Source of the DNA: a virus
Direction: 5' to 3' (one strand)
IMG/VR virus record: IMGVR_UViG_3300045988_132833
Length of the DNA: 64,000 nt
Of this stretch, positions 29,446-39,122 are shown piece after piece. Numbering within the stretch: position 1 is the first letter of the stretch; each line of letters opens with the position of its first letter. Under the pieces are notes generated by a model. The model ran no database searches. It saw nothing but the letters and a program-made list of their open reading frames with translations, and was not told the DNA's origin. The position numbers and the translations under genes are program-made.

Positions 29446-30992
29446 AGTGTTGAATTTACACGTTCTCGAATCTCAGAAAGAGAATATTCTCTTACTAAGT
29501 CTCCATTTACAAAGACTGTTTCAAGACAACCTTCCAGTTCTGCATCCTTAGTCTGCTGGTCATAAGCAACATACTTACCATTCTCTTCTTCAACTCTTAT
29601 AAGACCTTTAAGAGAGTTCTTTGTCCCATCATCAGTCTTTGGATGCTTATAAATTTCTATAAGTCTTCCATTAATTATACAAGCAGTTGCTTTAACTGCG
29701 AATCCCAAAGAATCACGGGACTTAAACTGATAAGTATAAGATCCAATACCAAGAACAAGATTACAAGCTGCCATATGAGCATTCTCTAATCGAGCATAGA
29801 TGTCACGCTGACGCTCCAGAGTAATAGAATCTCCATAGAGCAAACCTATCTTGGTACTTGGATAACGATAATCATTTATAGTAGTATTCCATCCAAAGAT
29901 TTTACCTAGCATATAATATGCTCCATAATACTGACCTTCAGATACTTCTACATAATGATTCTCATCATCATCCATAAATGGATTGAAATCACAGTAATAC
30001 TTACCTTCTTTCATAGCAGTATGGTAATGAGGATTTGTACGAAGACCACAAATAATGTCTACTGGATCACCACTATCAGGACGAATTACTACTCTACCAT
30101 CACGTTTCATAATATCTGCCTTGAGCTTAGGCAAGAACTTCTCAACTACCTGCCAGAAATCCCAAGTATCAGATACTATTGAAATAATACCTGTTGGATA
30201 TAGGTCATTAATAAGACGGCGATATGTTTCAATCTCATCATCCTCACCTCCTGCACACATTACACTGTGTTCAGTTGCTGGAACAGTTGCAGCTACAAGT
30301 TCTTTAGTAACATCTGCATTGTAATAATGCTCTACTGCTTCGATAGCAGGTATTGTTTCACTACCACAGAATGAAGTCATGTGAGCCATACCAGAGATAA
30401 TAGCAGCATCAAGTCCTGCCATACCTCTCATTGAGAAATCGTGACAAGAGAAGCCTAGATTTACATCTTCTGGGAATCCAGTCTTTTTAGCATGTTCCAT
30501 AAGTCTCTTCTTATAAAGGCGAGCACTTGTTGCAGAAGTACAAGGAAGCCATAGAGTACAACTAATCAAAGTTTCCAAATAATTAGTCAACCAGAAGAAA
30601 TCAGGAAGAGTATTCTTAATAGTCATCATAGGTACTCTTATAGGGCAGATAGAGCCTTCAGGAAGAGCTTTAATTTCAATAGGAAGATATCCTAAATCAT
30701 AAAGTTCCTCAATATGCTTTGTTCCAACCTGATTAAGGTCTACAAAGTTACCTACACGATAAGCAAATTGCTTAATGGCTTCTTCCTTAGGAAGAGCAAA
30801 CCATTTATTAAATTCCTCAATCAGATACTTCTTTACAAAGTACTGAATACCAAATACTACAGAGCCTTCTGTGGCTTCTGGAAAGTAACGGCAACTTCTT
30901 GGAGTCCAGTTACTATAAACCATTTGTGTACCCTCTGGGTACATACGATGATGACCAAGTTTGTAGCCATCAGTTGCATTAATAATTTCCAT
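29442..30992 (-). CDS. nadV: Nicotinamide phosphoribosyltransferase (NAMPT/NadV)
   Basis: N-terminal ATDGYKLGHH matches the NAMPT TDSYK signature; 516 aa. Confidence 0.65.
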   Translation of the reverse strand: MEIINATDGYKLGHHRMYPEGTQMVYSNWTPRSCRYFPEATEGSVVFGIQYFVKKYLIEEFNKWFALPKEEAIKQFAYRVGNFVDLNQVGTKHIEELYDLGYLPIEIKALPEGSICPIRVPMMTIKNTLPDFFWLTNYLETLISCTLWLPCTSATSARLYKKRLMEHAKKTGFPEDVNLGFSCHDFSMRGMAGLDAAIISGMAHMTSFCGSETIPAIEAVEHYYNADVTKELVAATVPATEHSVMCAGGEDDEIETYRRLINDLYPTGIISIVSDTWDFWQVVEKFLPKLKADIMKRDGRVVIRPDSGDPVDIICGLRTNPHYHTAMKEGKYYCDFNPFMDDDENHYVEVSEGQYYGAYYMLGKIFGWNTTINDYRYPSTKIGLLYGDSITLERQRDIYARLENAHMAACNLVLGIGSYTYQFKSRDSLGFAVKATACIINGRLIEIYKHPKTDDGTKNSLKGLIRVEEENGKYVAYDQQTKDAELEGCLETVFVNGDLVREYSLSEIRERVNSTL

Positions 30993-31123
30993 TAATCTAT
31001 TAAATTTATGTTATTACTAAATTTCCTCATTAGGGTCTACCTCTATAGAGGAATACTTTGTCGTCAGAATTGAAAATAGGGCTAAAGCCATAAATATTCC
31101 TAATACAATTAAAAATCCCATAC

Positions 31124-31564
31124 TTAATCTCCCATTCTTTTAGAAGCTGTAGTTGCAAGCTTGTCGCAATATTCATTCCATTTATCACCATTATGCCCTT
31201 TAACATGTTCAAAAACAATATTTGGACATAGTTCGGATACACGAGTATATTGCCTATCAAACTCTTCCCACAACTTTACATTTTTACTTCTTTTCCAACC
31301 CTTAGTAGCACATCCAATGCAATACATACTATCAGATACAATAGTTAGGTTATCAATAGGCTTAGTAATACACTTTAGCCCAGTAATAATTGCTCCTAGT
31401 TCCATCTGATTATTTGTAGTATGTCTATACATCTTTGAATATCTAAGGATTAACTTATCATCTTTTAAAAATACTAAGCCAAGTCCACCTTGGTCTAGTT
31501 TAGATGAATACGCACCATCGGTTATTAACTTATAACTAGACATAGAAAAAAAAGGCTTCCGCAA
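31124..31564 (-). CDS. rnhA: Ribonuclease H
   Basis: ITDGA...E...D...KGHNG...CDKLA matches the RNase HI catalytic D/E/D/H-D arrangement; 146 aa. Confidence 0.6.
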   Translation of the reverse strand: MRKPFFSMSSYKLITDGAYSSKLDQGGLGLVFLKDDKLILRYSKMYRHTTNNQMELGAIITGLKCITKPIDNLTIVSDSMYCIGCATKGWKRSKNVKLWEEFDRQYTRVSELCPNIVFEHVKGHNGDKWNEYCDKLATTASKRMGD

Positions 31565-31593
31565 GAAAAATTCTCACAGAAGCCCTAAACATT

Positions 31594-31944
31594 TTAAGAC
31601 TTGAGAAAATCCACTACCCTTTGCAACTTGCCTGCATCTTGCTTCTTAAAGATAAATTCATCAAAGTGACCAAACATGCACCTATATCCGAATATGTACT
31701 TTATAGAGTTCCAAATGCGTTTCCAGAAAGAATCTGGAGATAAATGTACTGATACATAGACATCTTTATCCTCATCATCAGAAAAGTATGAGAAAATAAG
31801 TTGATGTTCTACGTTATTACATTGGCAAATAAATAACTCATTAACTGAGTCATCACAAGGTACGATAATCTCTTCGTCTTTTACCTTTATATTTTCCATA
31901 TTGCTAAACTTAATTAGCACACCCAGAGAGAATCGAACTCCCAT
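31594..31944 (-). CDS. Hypothetical protein
   Basis: 116 aa ORF. Confidence 0.35.
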   Translation of the reverse strand: MGVRFSLGVLIKFSNMENIKVKDEEIIVPCDDSVNELFICQCNNVEHQLIFSYFSDDEDKDVYVSVHLSPDSFWKRIWNSIKYIFGYRCMFGHFDEFIFKKQDAGKLQRVVDFLKS

Positions 31945-31989
31945 CTGCGATTTTGGAGACCGCTAGTCTAACCATTAACCTATAGGTGT
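31918..31989 (-). tRNA. tRNA-Trp (anticodon CCA)
   Basis: Acceptor ACACCTA/TGGGTGT, anticodon arm GCGGT-CTCCAAA-ATCGC, T-arm GGGAG-TTCGATT-CTCTC; folded by eye. Confidence 0.6.
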
Positions 31990-32211
31990 ATAAAATCAGA
32001 CAACAAGGTTCTAACATTCTCTTTAACCTCCATTGAAGAACCCAAAATAGAGGGGTCTTTATTCATTTTTAAGAAGTGAAGAATAATTTGCTGTATGTTG
32101 TCTTATAAGGATACCTAACAACGCTCCTACCTCATTACAAGGATGGCTGTTTGGCAATTTATAGCCTACTCAGGGTTTCTGGTTTGTATCCTACTTACTA
32201 TAAACCCTTTT

Positions 32212-33096
32212 TCAGTTTGATTCGTGAGTATTCTTTCTAATCCACTTTTCCGCATTGGCTCTAATTAATGAGTCTTTCAACATTTTAGCGTGGACTAGTT
32301 CTTTCTCTTTTCTATACTCCCTTATTCGTTTCCGCTCTGCAGATCTCTCCTCATAATAATGTTTTGAATACTCTGGAGTTCCCTCATAATACGTTTTATT
32401 GATAGAATCGTAATAACACTTTATGAGGTCAGAAGTACTAAGCCTCTTATACTTTTTACTTCGTATGATAGGAGAATACCAGTAATCAAGAGGCAAATTA
32501 GGAGGATAATTTGTACACAGTTTTCCTATTGCCTCAGTAATACACTCCTGTACCTTCTTTCCAAGGTCATTCGAGAGTTGTTCACTAGATGCAATTATAT
32601 AATCTATATCTTTGCCCAATTTGGCTTTTAAATATAGTACAATTTCTGGATGTTCCAAAAAGAGTTTTTCTTTGTTTACAATGTAGTAATCTTCTGACCT
32701 ATCCAGCTCCATAACATACTTTCTGCGCTTATTATTCTTGATAGGTTTATACCTTCTAATAATATAATTGGAATCCAAATAGTAGTTGTTACTATGCCAA
32801 CATACATCAGACATATTATGAGGATCAATCCTTGACTTAAACTCTTCACGGAACCCGAAGTCCTTCTTCTTTCTAAATCTCTCGCATACCTTAGAATATA
32901 CGTTGTCAAACTTCTTCCCAACAGAATCCTCAAGGAATCTATCTATCCAAGTATAGGCATCCTTATTCCAATGGTCATGATACCCATATACTCCCTCTCT
33001 ACGAGTTTTTTCTCTCATTGATTCGTGCTTAGGAAGAACAACGTCTTCATAATTTGCATAATTACTAGGTAATCCTTGATAAAATTCGTTAACCAT
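32212..33096 (-). CDS. Hypothetical protein
   Basis: 294 aa ORF. Confidence 0.45.
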   Translation of the reverse strand: MVNEFYQGLPSNYANYEDVVLPKHESMREKTRREGVYGYHDHWNKDAYTWIDRFLEDSVGKKFDNVYSKVCERFRKKKDFGFREEFKSRIDPHNMSDVCWHSNNYYLDSNYIIRRYKPIKNNKRRKYVMELDRSEDYYIVNKEKLFLEHPEIVLYLKAKLGKDIDYIIASSEQLSNDLGKKVQECITEAIGKLCTNYPPNLPLDYWYSPIIRSKKYKRLSTSDLIKCYYDSINKTYYEGTPEYSKHYYEERSAERKRIREYRKEKELVHAKMLKDSLIRANAEKWIRKNTHESN

Positions 33097-33120
33097 ATGT
33101 TAAAAATTAAAGTTAATTGT

Positions 33121-33166
33121 AGCTCTGGCAGGATTCGAACCTGCCAAAAATACCATATAGAGCTTC
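33121..33166 (-). ncRNA. tRNA-like minihelix (acceptor stem plus T-arm only)
   Basis: AGCTCT-[13 nt]-GGCAGG-TTCGAAT-CCTGCC-AGAGCT: a canonical T-loop in a 6-bp stem, enclosed by a 6-bp acceptor-like stem; no D or anticodon arms. Confidence 0.45.
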
Positions 33167-33172
33167 TTTTTC

Positions 33173-33670
33173 TTAATGTAAGAAATCATAAACAGTTGGG
33201 TCTACTACAATTGTGCCATTAACTACACAGTAGTCATGGTCCTTGGTAAAATTATACATTCTAGTATCTCCAATGGACTTAAAGAATTTTGGAATAAATT
33301 CTAAACCCTTTATGGGTTCTCTCCTTATTTCACAAGTTGCTTTTAAGTTACCTTTTGAGATAATGTAATCAAATACCTTCTTATAAGTTCTAGCATAATA
33401 GACACAATGAGTTTTAGTCTCTTTGTTTAATGATAACTTATCAAAACCCTTATATTCAGATTTTGTAGAAAAAGTTAATGTACGAGAAGTTATCTCATTT
33501 GAGAAATCAATAACTTCCTTCAAATTATTCGGATTGATATGTCCATATTCTATTTTCATATCTATACAAGAATAGATATTTCCAGAATACTGAGATTTAC
33601 CCATCCCATAGCAATACCATGCGATAAACATACATGGAATGCTAATAAGCAATACTAACATCTTTTTCAT
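33173..33670 (-). CDS. Secreted/membrane-anchored protein
   Basis: N-terminal hydrophobic signal MKKMLVLLISIPCMFIAWYCYG; 165 aa. Confidence 0.45.
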   Translation of the reverse strand: MKKMLVLLISIPCMFIAWYCYGMGKSQYSGNIYSCIDMKIEYGHINPNNLKEVIDFSNEITSRTLTFSTKSEYKGFDKLSLNKETKTHCVYYARTYKKVFDYIISKGNLKATCEIRREPIKGLEFIPKFFKSIGDTRMYNFTKDHDYCVVNGTIVVDPTVYDFLH

Positions 33671-35713
33671 GCCTTATTTTCTCTTTCTTTTCTTATTATT
33701 TCAGAATATTTATTGTATACATTCCGCATACTATCTACCTTTTCGAGTGGGATATTATACTAATATCTCATTTTGTCAATATTATTTCCCAAATTCTTTC
33801 TAGTCACTCCTAATGTAACTGGAAGTCCTCTAGGAGAAAGTGCTGAATAGGATGCACCTTCATCTGGATCCCAAGCTGCTTCGTCAGTTAATACTACATT
33901 AAATCCATTCTTATTTCTAGACTAGGACATACTCATACCTCCATTAGAGTATTCAACTCTCTGTCCAGGATTAAGGAATTTTATAGGATTACTAAAATCT
34001 GCATATTTAGCTTCCCTGCCATGTGACCTATTATACACTTGGTAAACCCAAGGAGTTAATCCCTTCTAATCAGAGGCTATTGCCAGAGCAGCCAACTCTT
34101 GAATTTGATTATTGAAGTTATCTGACATATCTTTTTCGGTACGAGTTGTACTCTTTGAATCCAAACCAATTTTATTTCTCCACCCTTTATGAAGATCGTG
34201 AACATAAAAGTTAGTTGGTTCAAAGTTATAACCTGTAGTGACAAGCCCAGCTAAGCCCAAAGTACCTAATGCTCTATTCCTTCGAATTTTACTTGCCTCA
34301 TCCGAAATGAATGGCTTCATTGCTTCTTGCCTAACCTTTAGAAGGGCTAATTTATTTTCATCCCCTCCAAATTCTCTAGTGCCACTCTTGTAAACCTTAG
34401 TAGCTTTATCAGAGTTTTCCTACATCCATTTGAGTTGAGCCTTAGAAGCTGCACTCCTCATGGCTTTTGCATCCCTGATAGACTGCTTCTTCCCTTCTAA
34501 GTTGATTTCTCTCATCTTCTATGTAGGTCTCCAACTACCTGTCTACTGCAATATTTTCTACTTTGCAAGCTTGTTTAACTTCTTTTCAGCTGCAGCTTCA
34601 CCCGTAAAGATCCTCCCTAATCTATTTGAAGCTAACTTAGCCTTATTTACTAACTTACCAAACTAGAGAATTGCTCCTCTCTGTGCTTTATTAATTTGTT
34701 TCATTAGTATCCGAATTGCATCTTTCTCTAGTATATAGAGAATAAACTGTTAGGATTATATTGCTATGCCCAATTTGAAACAGTCTTATTGAAAGCATCC
34801 TAGGTTTGCTATCCCCACTTACCATCAGCATTTATTCCAAGTTTCTCTTGAAGTTGCTTGACAGCTTCCGGACTATTGTAACCAGCTTTAGCAGCACGAT
34901 AATCGAACACACTGTCATAGCCGCTATTATGAGCTTCCATAGTGTCATCAGCCGTACCTATAATTTGTCCAGTTTGTTTATTATATATATAACCATTGCT
35001 GCCTTGTAGGTACTGATCGGGAGTCAACCAATTTGTTCCATCGTAATAATTAGTATTTCCATACCTATCTATTCCGAATCCTTGCTGTTGATTTTCATAC
35101 TAACCAGTTTCCTGATTCCACTCCTGCCAACCATTGTTTGGGTTATACATATATTGCTATGGAGTTTCCTCTGCAGCACTAGGCTATTTAGAATTTCTTG
35201 GAATAACTAGATAAGCTCCAGTACCAAGACCACCTACGAGTCCAGTAGTTTTAAGAGTTCTTTTAATACCCTTATTCCTAACTTGTCTTAGGGCATCATT
35301 CGTAACCTGTCTCTTAGTATTATTGAAAGCTTCCTTAGCTTCCATACTTTTCTATGATGCAGTTATTGCACTTCTTTCAGCTTCATCTGTTTTTCGCGCA
35401 GCATCATTTACTCTCTTTACATTTCTTTTACTATTAGGCTACTTCCAATTTTTAGTACTGTTTAATAATTTACTTTCTGCTTGCTAAGCTTCTTTATATC
35501 TTTGAGCTGCAAGATTATGACTCATTTCAGCTCCTCTCTAACTATTTCTAGATGCAATTAATTCTGGAGAAGCTTGCCTAGCTCTAACGACAGCTCTTTC
35601 ACCTCCTCCAATTCGTCTCATCAGGTTTCCGAAGTAATCTGGTATCATCTAACCATGACCTTTTAACCAATTTACTCCCTCACCTAAGTATTGTGCTTTC
35701 TTTTTAATACTCA
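33668..35713 (-). CDS. Late/structural-region gene(s) densely interrupted by in-frame TAG codons (TAG likely read as sense)
   Basis: By-eye translation from the ATG at 35711-35713 gives MSIKKKAQYLGEGVNWLKGHG[TAG]MIPDYFGNLMRRIGGGERAVVRAR[Q]ASPELIASRNS[TAG]RGAEMSHNLAAQRYKEA[TAG]QAESKLLN... The first ~0.25 kb contains three TAGs and no TAA/TGA. Every ORF-track fragment in the block ends in TAG (34066, 34809, 36238). The terminal TGA overlaps the next gene start. Exact gene boundaries are uncertain. Confidence 0.5.
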
Positions 35714-35729
35714 TATTTAATTATTATTA

Positions 35730-36991
35730 GATAAATTTACCATATAACTGCTATGTGCATAAGGGTATAGTGCCATAGTAGGATCTGAAGCCATAAGCCC
35801 CTGAAATGCAGCTTTTCCTACATTTACAAATCTGCCGCCAATTCCTTCTGCTCCTCCTAGTCTCTTAGGGGCTAATGCCCTTCTTACAGAATTAAGTGCA
35901 CTTCCAGCCTAATAAAGGTTAGCAGCACCTGGTGTATGAGACATAATAGGTTTCCAACTGTTCTTCAGCGTAGTACCTACTCCATCTCTTACCATTCCAG
36001 AGACTCCAGTCTTAAGTCTAGAGACTCCACCCTTCATATCTTTAGTTCCAAGGATAGCCATAGCAAAGTTGGCATCATCGTTAATATTTCTTCTCTACTA
36101 TTCGTCTAGTCCAGTCCAGGCAAAGTTCTAATCAGCAAATCCTTTATTTCTAGGATCATCTGGCAATATGCCTTCTTCTCCTGGAGTTAAATAACTTCTG
36201 ACAGAGTTAACATCTTTACCTAGATCTAGATATTGTCCTAGATTACCAGCTTCTCTTTCAACCTTCTATGGTAGCAAGAGCTGTAAGGCAGTTCCAATAG
36301 TTCCTCCAAGAACAGCATTTCCAGTTCTAGAGATATCTCCAAGAGTATCATTGAATCGTACCAAAGCACCTGTGTTTCGTTTTGGTCCCAACACACTCTG
36401 AGGAACATTATCGTACATTTCACCTCTTCTGGCATATCCCTTTTTCCAAATATCAGGAATTGATTTAAAGGAATCAATGAAGTTTTTTGCTGCACTATCC
36501 CAGTTGCCTTCCCAAGCACCTTTCTTGAAAGGATTTAGATCACTCCAACTAAATTCATCAGGATCCTAAGCAGAAGTCTATGATTTCTGTCGTGCTATAT
36601 AAGCCTTCATAGCTTTATTCTTTGTATCTTGATTTAGATAGGTATCTTTATTATTGAAAGGGTTTCTCTGTGTATAGCCAGTTGCTGTTTTTCTAGCTCC
36701 TGCTGCCTTTGCATTCTCCTCTATTCTAGAAGCTGCTTCATCCCATGTAGCAGTTTTCCCTTGCTTAGAAGATTTGACATCATTAAAACGCCAACGTCCA
36801 TTCTAGAATATGTTTCCATTTCTAGTATTCATTGAGGTTCTATTGGCAACTTCCCTTCCATATTTTCCTGCTAAATATCTCCAAGCAGCACCAGAAATGG
36901 GCTACCCTTTCTAGGCAATCTTGTTGCCGTTTACATCTCGGTAATATCCATCTTTACCAAGCCACAATTTACTCATATTAAAATCAGCCAT
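35730..36991 (-). CDS. Late/structural-region gene interrupted by in-frame TAG codons
   Basis: ATG at 36989-36991 preceded by an A11 leader; translation MADFNMSKLWLGKDGYYRDVNGNKIA[TAG]KG[TAG]PISGAAWRY... continues to about 35730 with only TAG stops in frame. Confidence 0.45.
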
Positions 36992-37027
36992 TTTCTTCTT
37001 TTTTTTTTTGTTTACAGGAACAGGTAG

Positions 37028-37106
37028 TACCTCCTAGTGGATTCGAACCACTGACAGTTTCACTAATATAGACTTTGTTAAACTTCTACCACTGATATAA
37101 GGAGGT
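37028..37106 (-). tRNA. tRNA-like gene with a candidate CUA anticodon (putative amber suppressor), non-canonical fold
   Basis: Perfect 7-bp acceptor ACCTCCT/AGGAGGT, T-arm AGTGG-TTCGAAT-CCACT, D-loop AGTGGTAGA; anticodon arm ACAAA-GTCTATA-TTAGT (U33 then CTA) stacked on a further 5-bp stem AGTTT/AAACT; the D-stem is poorly paired; 79 nt. Confidence 0.4.
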
Positions 37107-37286
37107 AACCTAGTTAGTTATACTCCAACTAAAAATGAGTTTAGGTTATTTTCACTGGTTTTATTATAACATTCCATTGTCCCAGCACCTATCGTACGTT
37201 CTTTCTCTTTCTAACCCAAATGATTAATTTTAAGGTAATTTACGATATTTAAACGAGTCAGTGGGAGATGTTTGTTACCTAAAGTT

Positions 37287-38300
37287 TTACTTAATAGTAA
37301 CTATTGCTACACGACCACTAGTAGTGTCAGTAACACCAGTTCCAATACAATTCTCTACGATTACACCATTTCCAGTTAAGAATTTGGAAACAGTTTTTGC
37401 ACGTTTCTCCGACAACTTCTGATTGTAATTAGAGGAACCTTCTGGAGATGCAGAACCAATAATACTTACCTTAGAACCAGATGGAATCTTAGATAATTCA
37501 GACATCGCGGTTCCAGTAAGTTTTGCAGAATTTTGTGCAAAGAAAATCACTGTGTTACCAACTGTATTAGTAACAACTTCGGTCTTAATGACTTCCTTTA
37601 CAATTTCTGTAGGTTTCTTTGCTAAATCCTTCTTAAGAGAATTAATTTCATTGTTCATTGATGCAATGTCATACGCCTTAAAGCTTCTTGTACCATTAGA
37701 AGTCTTAAAGTGATATACCCATCCAATTAAGACACCAAGCTGAGCATAATTCTTATTGAACTCTACGTGACCTGTCTTGTTCAGATTCCAGTATACTGCA
37801 GGATTAACTATAATCGAGTGAGCCTTCTCCTTACCTAGATTGAATGACAATACCGCTCCAGTTTTAGAGGTAATATAGTTACAGTGTCCTGTCCAACTAT
37901 GCAGCCAGCCAATACCAGTCTCAGTGCTTACTTCAAACCTCCTAGGGGTTCCATTATATCCGCACAGCAGGTTAGAGAAGTTAACAACTCCGTTCAATCC
38001 AGTATTAATAGATTTTACTACAGTAGAAGCACTACCGTAGTGATTATCGCCAAAGGAAGCCAGTCCTTCAACATTAAACCCAAATACAGGAGTAAAGTCC
38101 TTCTGCAACTTAATACCAGCAACTCCATTTACTGGAAATACTGAGTTAAAGTCCAGAGGAGTAGTTGCTCCACCTATAACACTAATAGAAGTGTTATCAA
38201 GGATTTTAGATTCTTCATACGCTGTTTGCGAGTAGGTAAAACTACACAGAGTAAACAGCAAACTCATGATGAAAATAAATTTCTTCATAAAATTTTTCAT
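37287..38300 (-). CDS. OmpA-family protein with signal peptide
   Basis: N-terminal signal MKKFIFIMSLLFTLCSFTYSQ; C-terminal OmpA-like domain SASPEGSSNYNQKLSEKRAKTVSKFL. Confidence 0.55.
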   Translation of the reverse strand: MKNFMKKFIFIMSLLFTLCSFTYSQTAYEESKILDNTSISVIGGATTPLDFNSVFPVNGVAGIKLQKDFTPVFGFNVEGLASFGDNHYGSASTVVKSINTGLNGVVNFSNLLCGYNGTPRRFEVSTETGIGWLHSWTGHCNYITSKTGAVLSFNLGKEKAHSIIVNPAVYWNLNKTGHVEFNKNYAQLGVLIGWVYHFKTSNGTRSFKAYDIASMNNEINSLKKDLAKKPTEIVKEVIKTEVVTNTVGNTVIFFAQNSAKLTGTAMSELSKIPSGSKVSIIGSASPEGSSNYNQKLSEKRAKTVSKFLTGNGVIVENCIGTGVTDTTSGRVAIVTIK

Positions 38301-38423
38301 AAATTAATTAAAATATACAACACAGTGAAATAATAACCGAAAAGACGAGAGTACTAAGTGTACTCATTTCAAGGCAAAAACATTCTTTTTCATCTTATTC
38401 TACTTTAATCTTTATAAACTTAG

Positions 38424-38470
38424 AAGGTTGAGAGGATTCGAACCTCTATAGAGCCTTAACTCCAACCTAA
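38424..38470 (-). ncRNA. tRNA-like minihelix (acceptor stem plus T-arm only)
   Basis: AGGTTG-[15 nt]-AGAGG-TTCGAAT-CCTCT-CAACCT; no 5' partner for a full-length acceptor stem is visible upstream. Confidence 0.45.
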
Positions 38471-38650
38471 ACAGAGCACCTCCACTACTTCTATTTATCT
38501 TCTAATAGTAGCAAGAGAATATTCTACATTGACCTCAATAGAAATCGGACTAGACCAGCTAGTTATTAAATTCAAAAGTCATTTTATGAATAATATTTTA
38601 TTTTTGAATTTTTGCTGCAAGTGCTCTTATTATAAGATTATGGCAAAACC

Positions 38651-38938
38651 TCATTCCAAAATACCGTATCCAAATCCTGATCTAGTTATTAAATACTTGC
38701 CTAAATTTTTCATTTTTTTACGCAATCTCGACATAGTAGTATCTACAGTTCTTAAAGAAACTTTAGAATCCCATACATTATTAAGGATTTCCTGTCTAGA
38801 ATGTATTTTGTTCTTGTTCTTTATAAGAAATTCAAGAAGATTAAATTCATTCCTTGTAAGGTTAATTTCTTCTCCCCCTATAGTACATACCTTTATGTCT
38901 AAATTGAGATTTAGTTCTTTAAACACTAATTCATTCAT
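38651..38938 (-). CDS. OmpR/PhoB-type winged-helix DNA-binding protein (DNA-binding domain only)
   Basis: LTRNEFNLLEFL...RQEIL...VW...RTVDTTMSRLRKKM...ITRSGFGY matches the trans_reg_C pattern; 95 aa. Confidence 0.55.
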   Translation of the reverse strand: MNELVFKELNLNLDIKVCTIGGEEINLTRNEFNLLEFLIKNKNKIHSRQEILNNVWDSKVSLRTVDTTMSRLRKKMKNLGKYLITRSGFGYGILE

Positions 38939-38956
38939 TACTTTTAATTTTTATTG

Positions 38957-39030
38957 TGCTCCCATCCAGATTCAAACTGGAAACCCACAGCTTAGAAGGC
39001 TGTTGCTCTATTCAATTGAGCTATAGGAGC
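38957..39030 (-). tRNA. tRNA-Arg (anticodon TCT)
   Basis: Acceptor GCTCCTA/TGGGAGC, D-arm GCTC-AATTGAATA-GAGC, anticodon arm ACAGC-CTTCTAA-GCTGT, T-arm TCCAG-TTTGAAT-CTGGA. Confidence 0.65.
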
Positions 39031-39122
39031 GGAAAGTCTACTCAATAGAGTACATTTAATACCCATATCAAGTAGACTTATAAAGATACTAATTCTTAGT
39101 TAATTTACAAAATTAATAAAGG

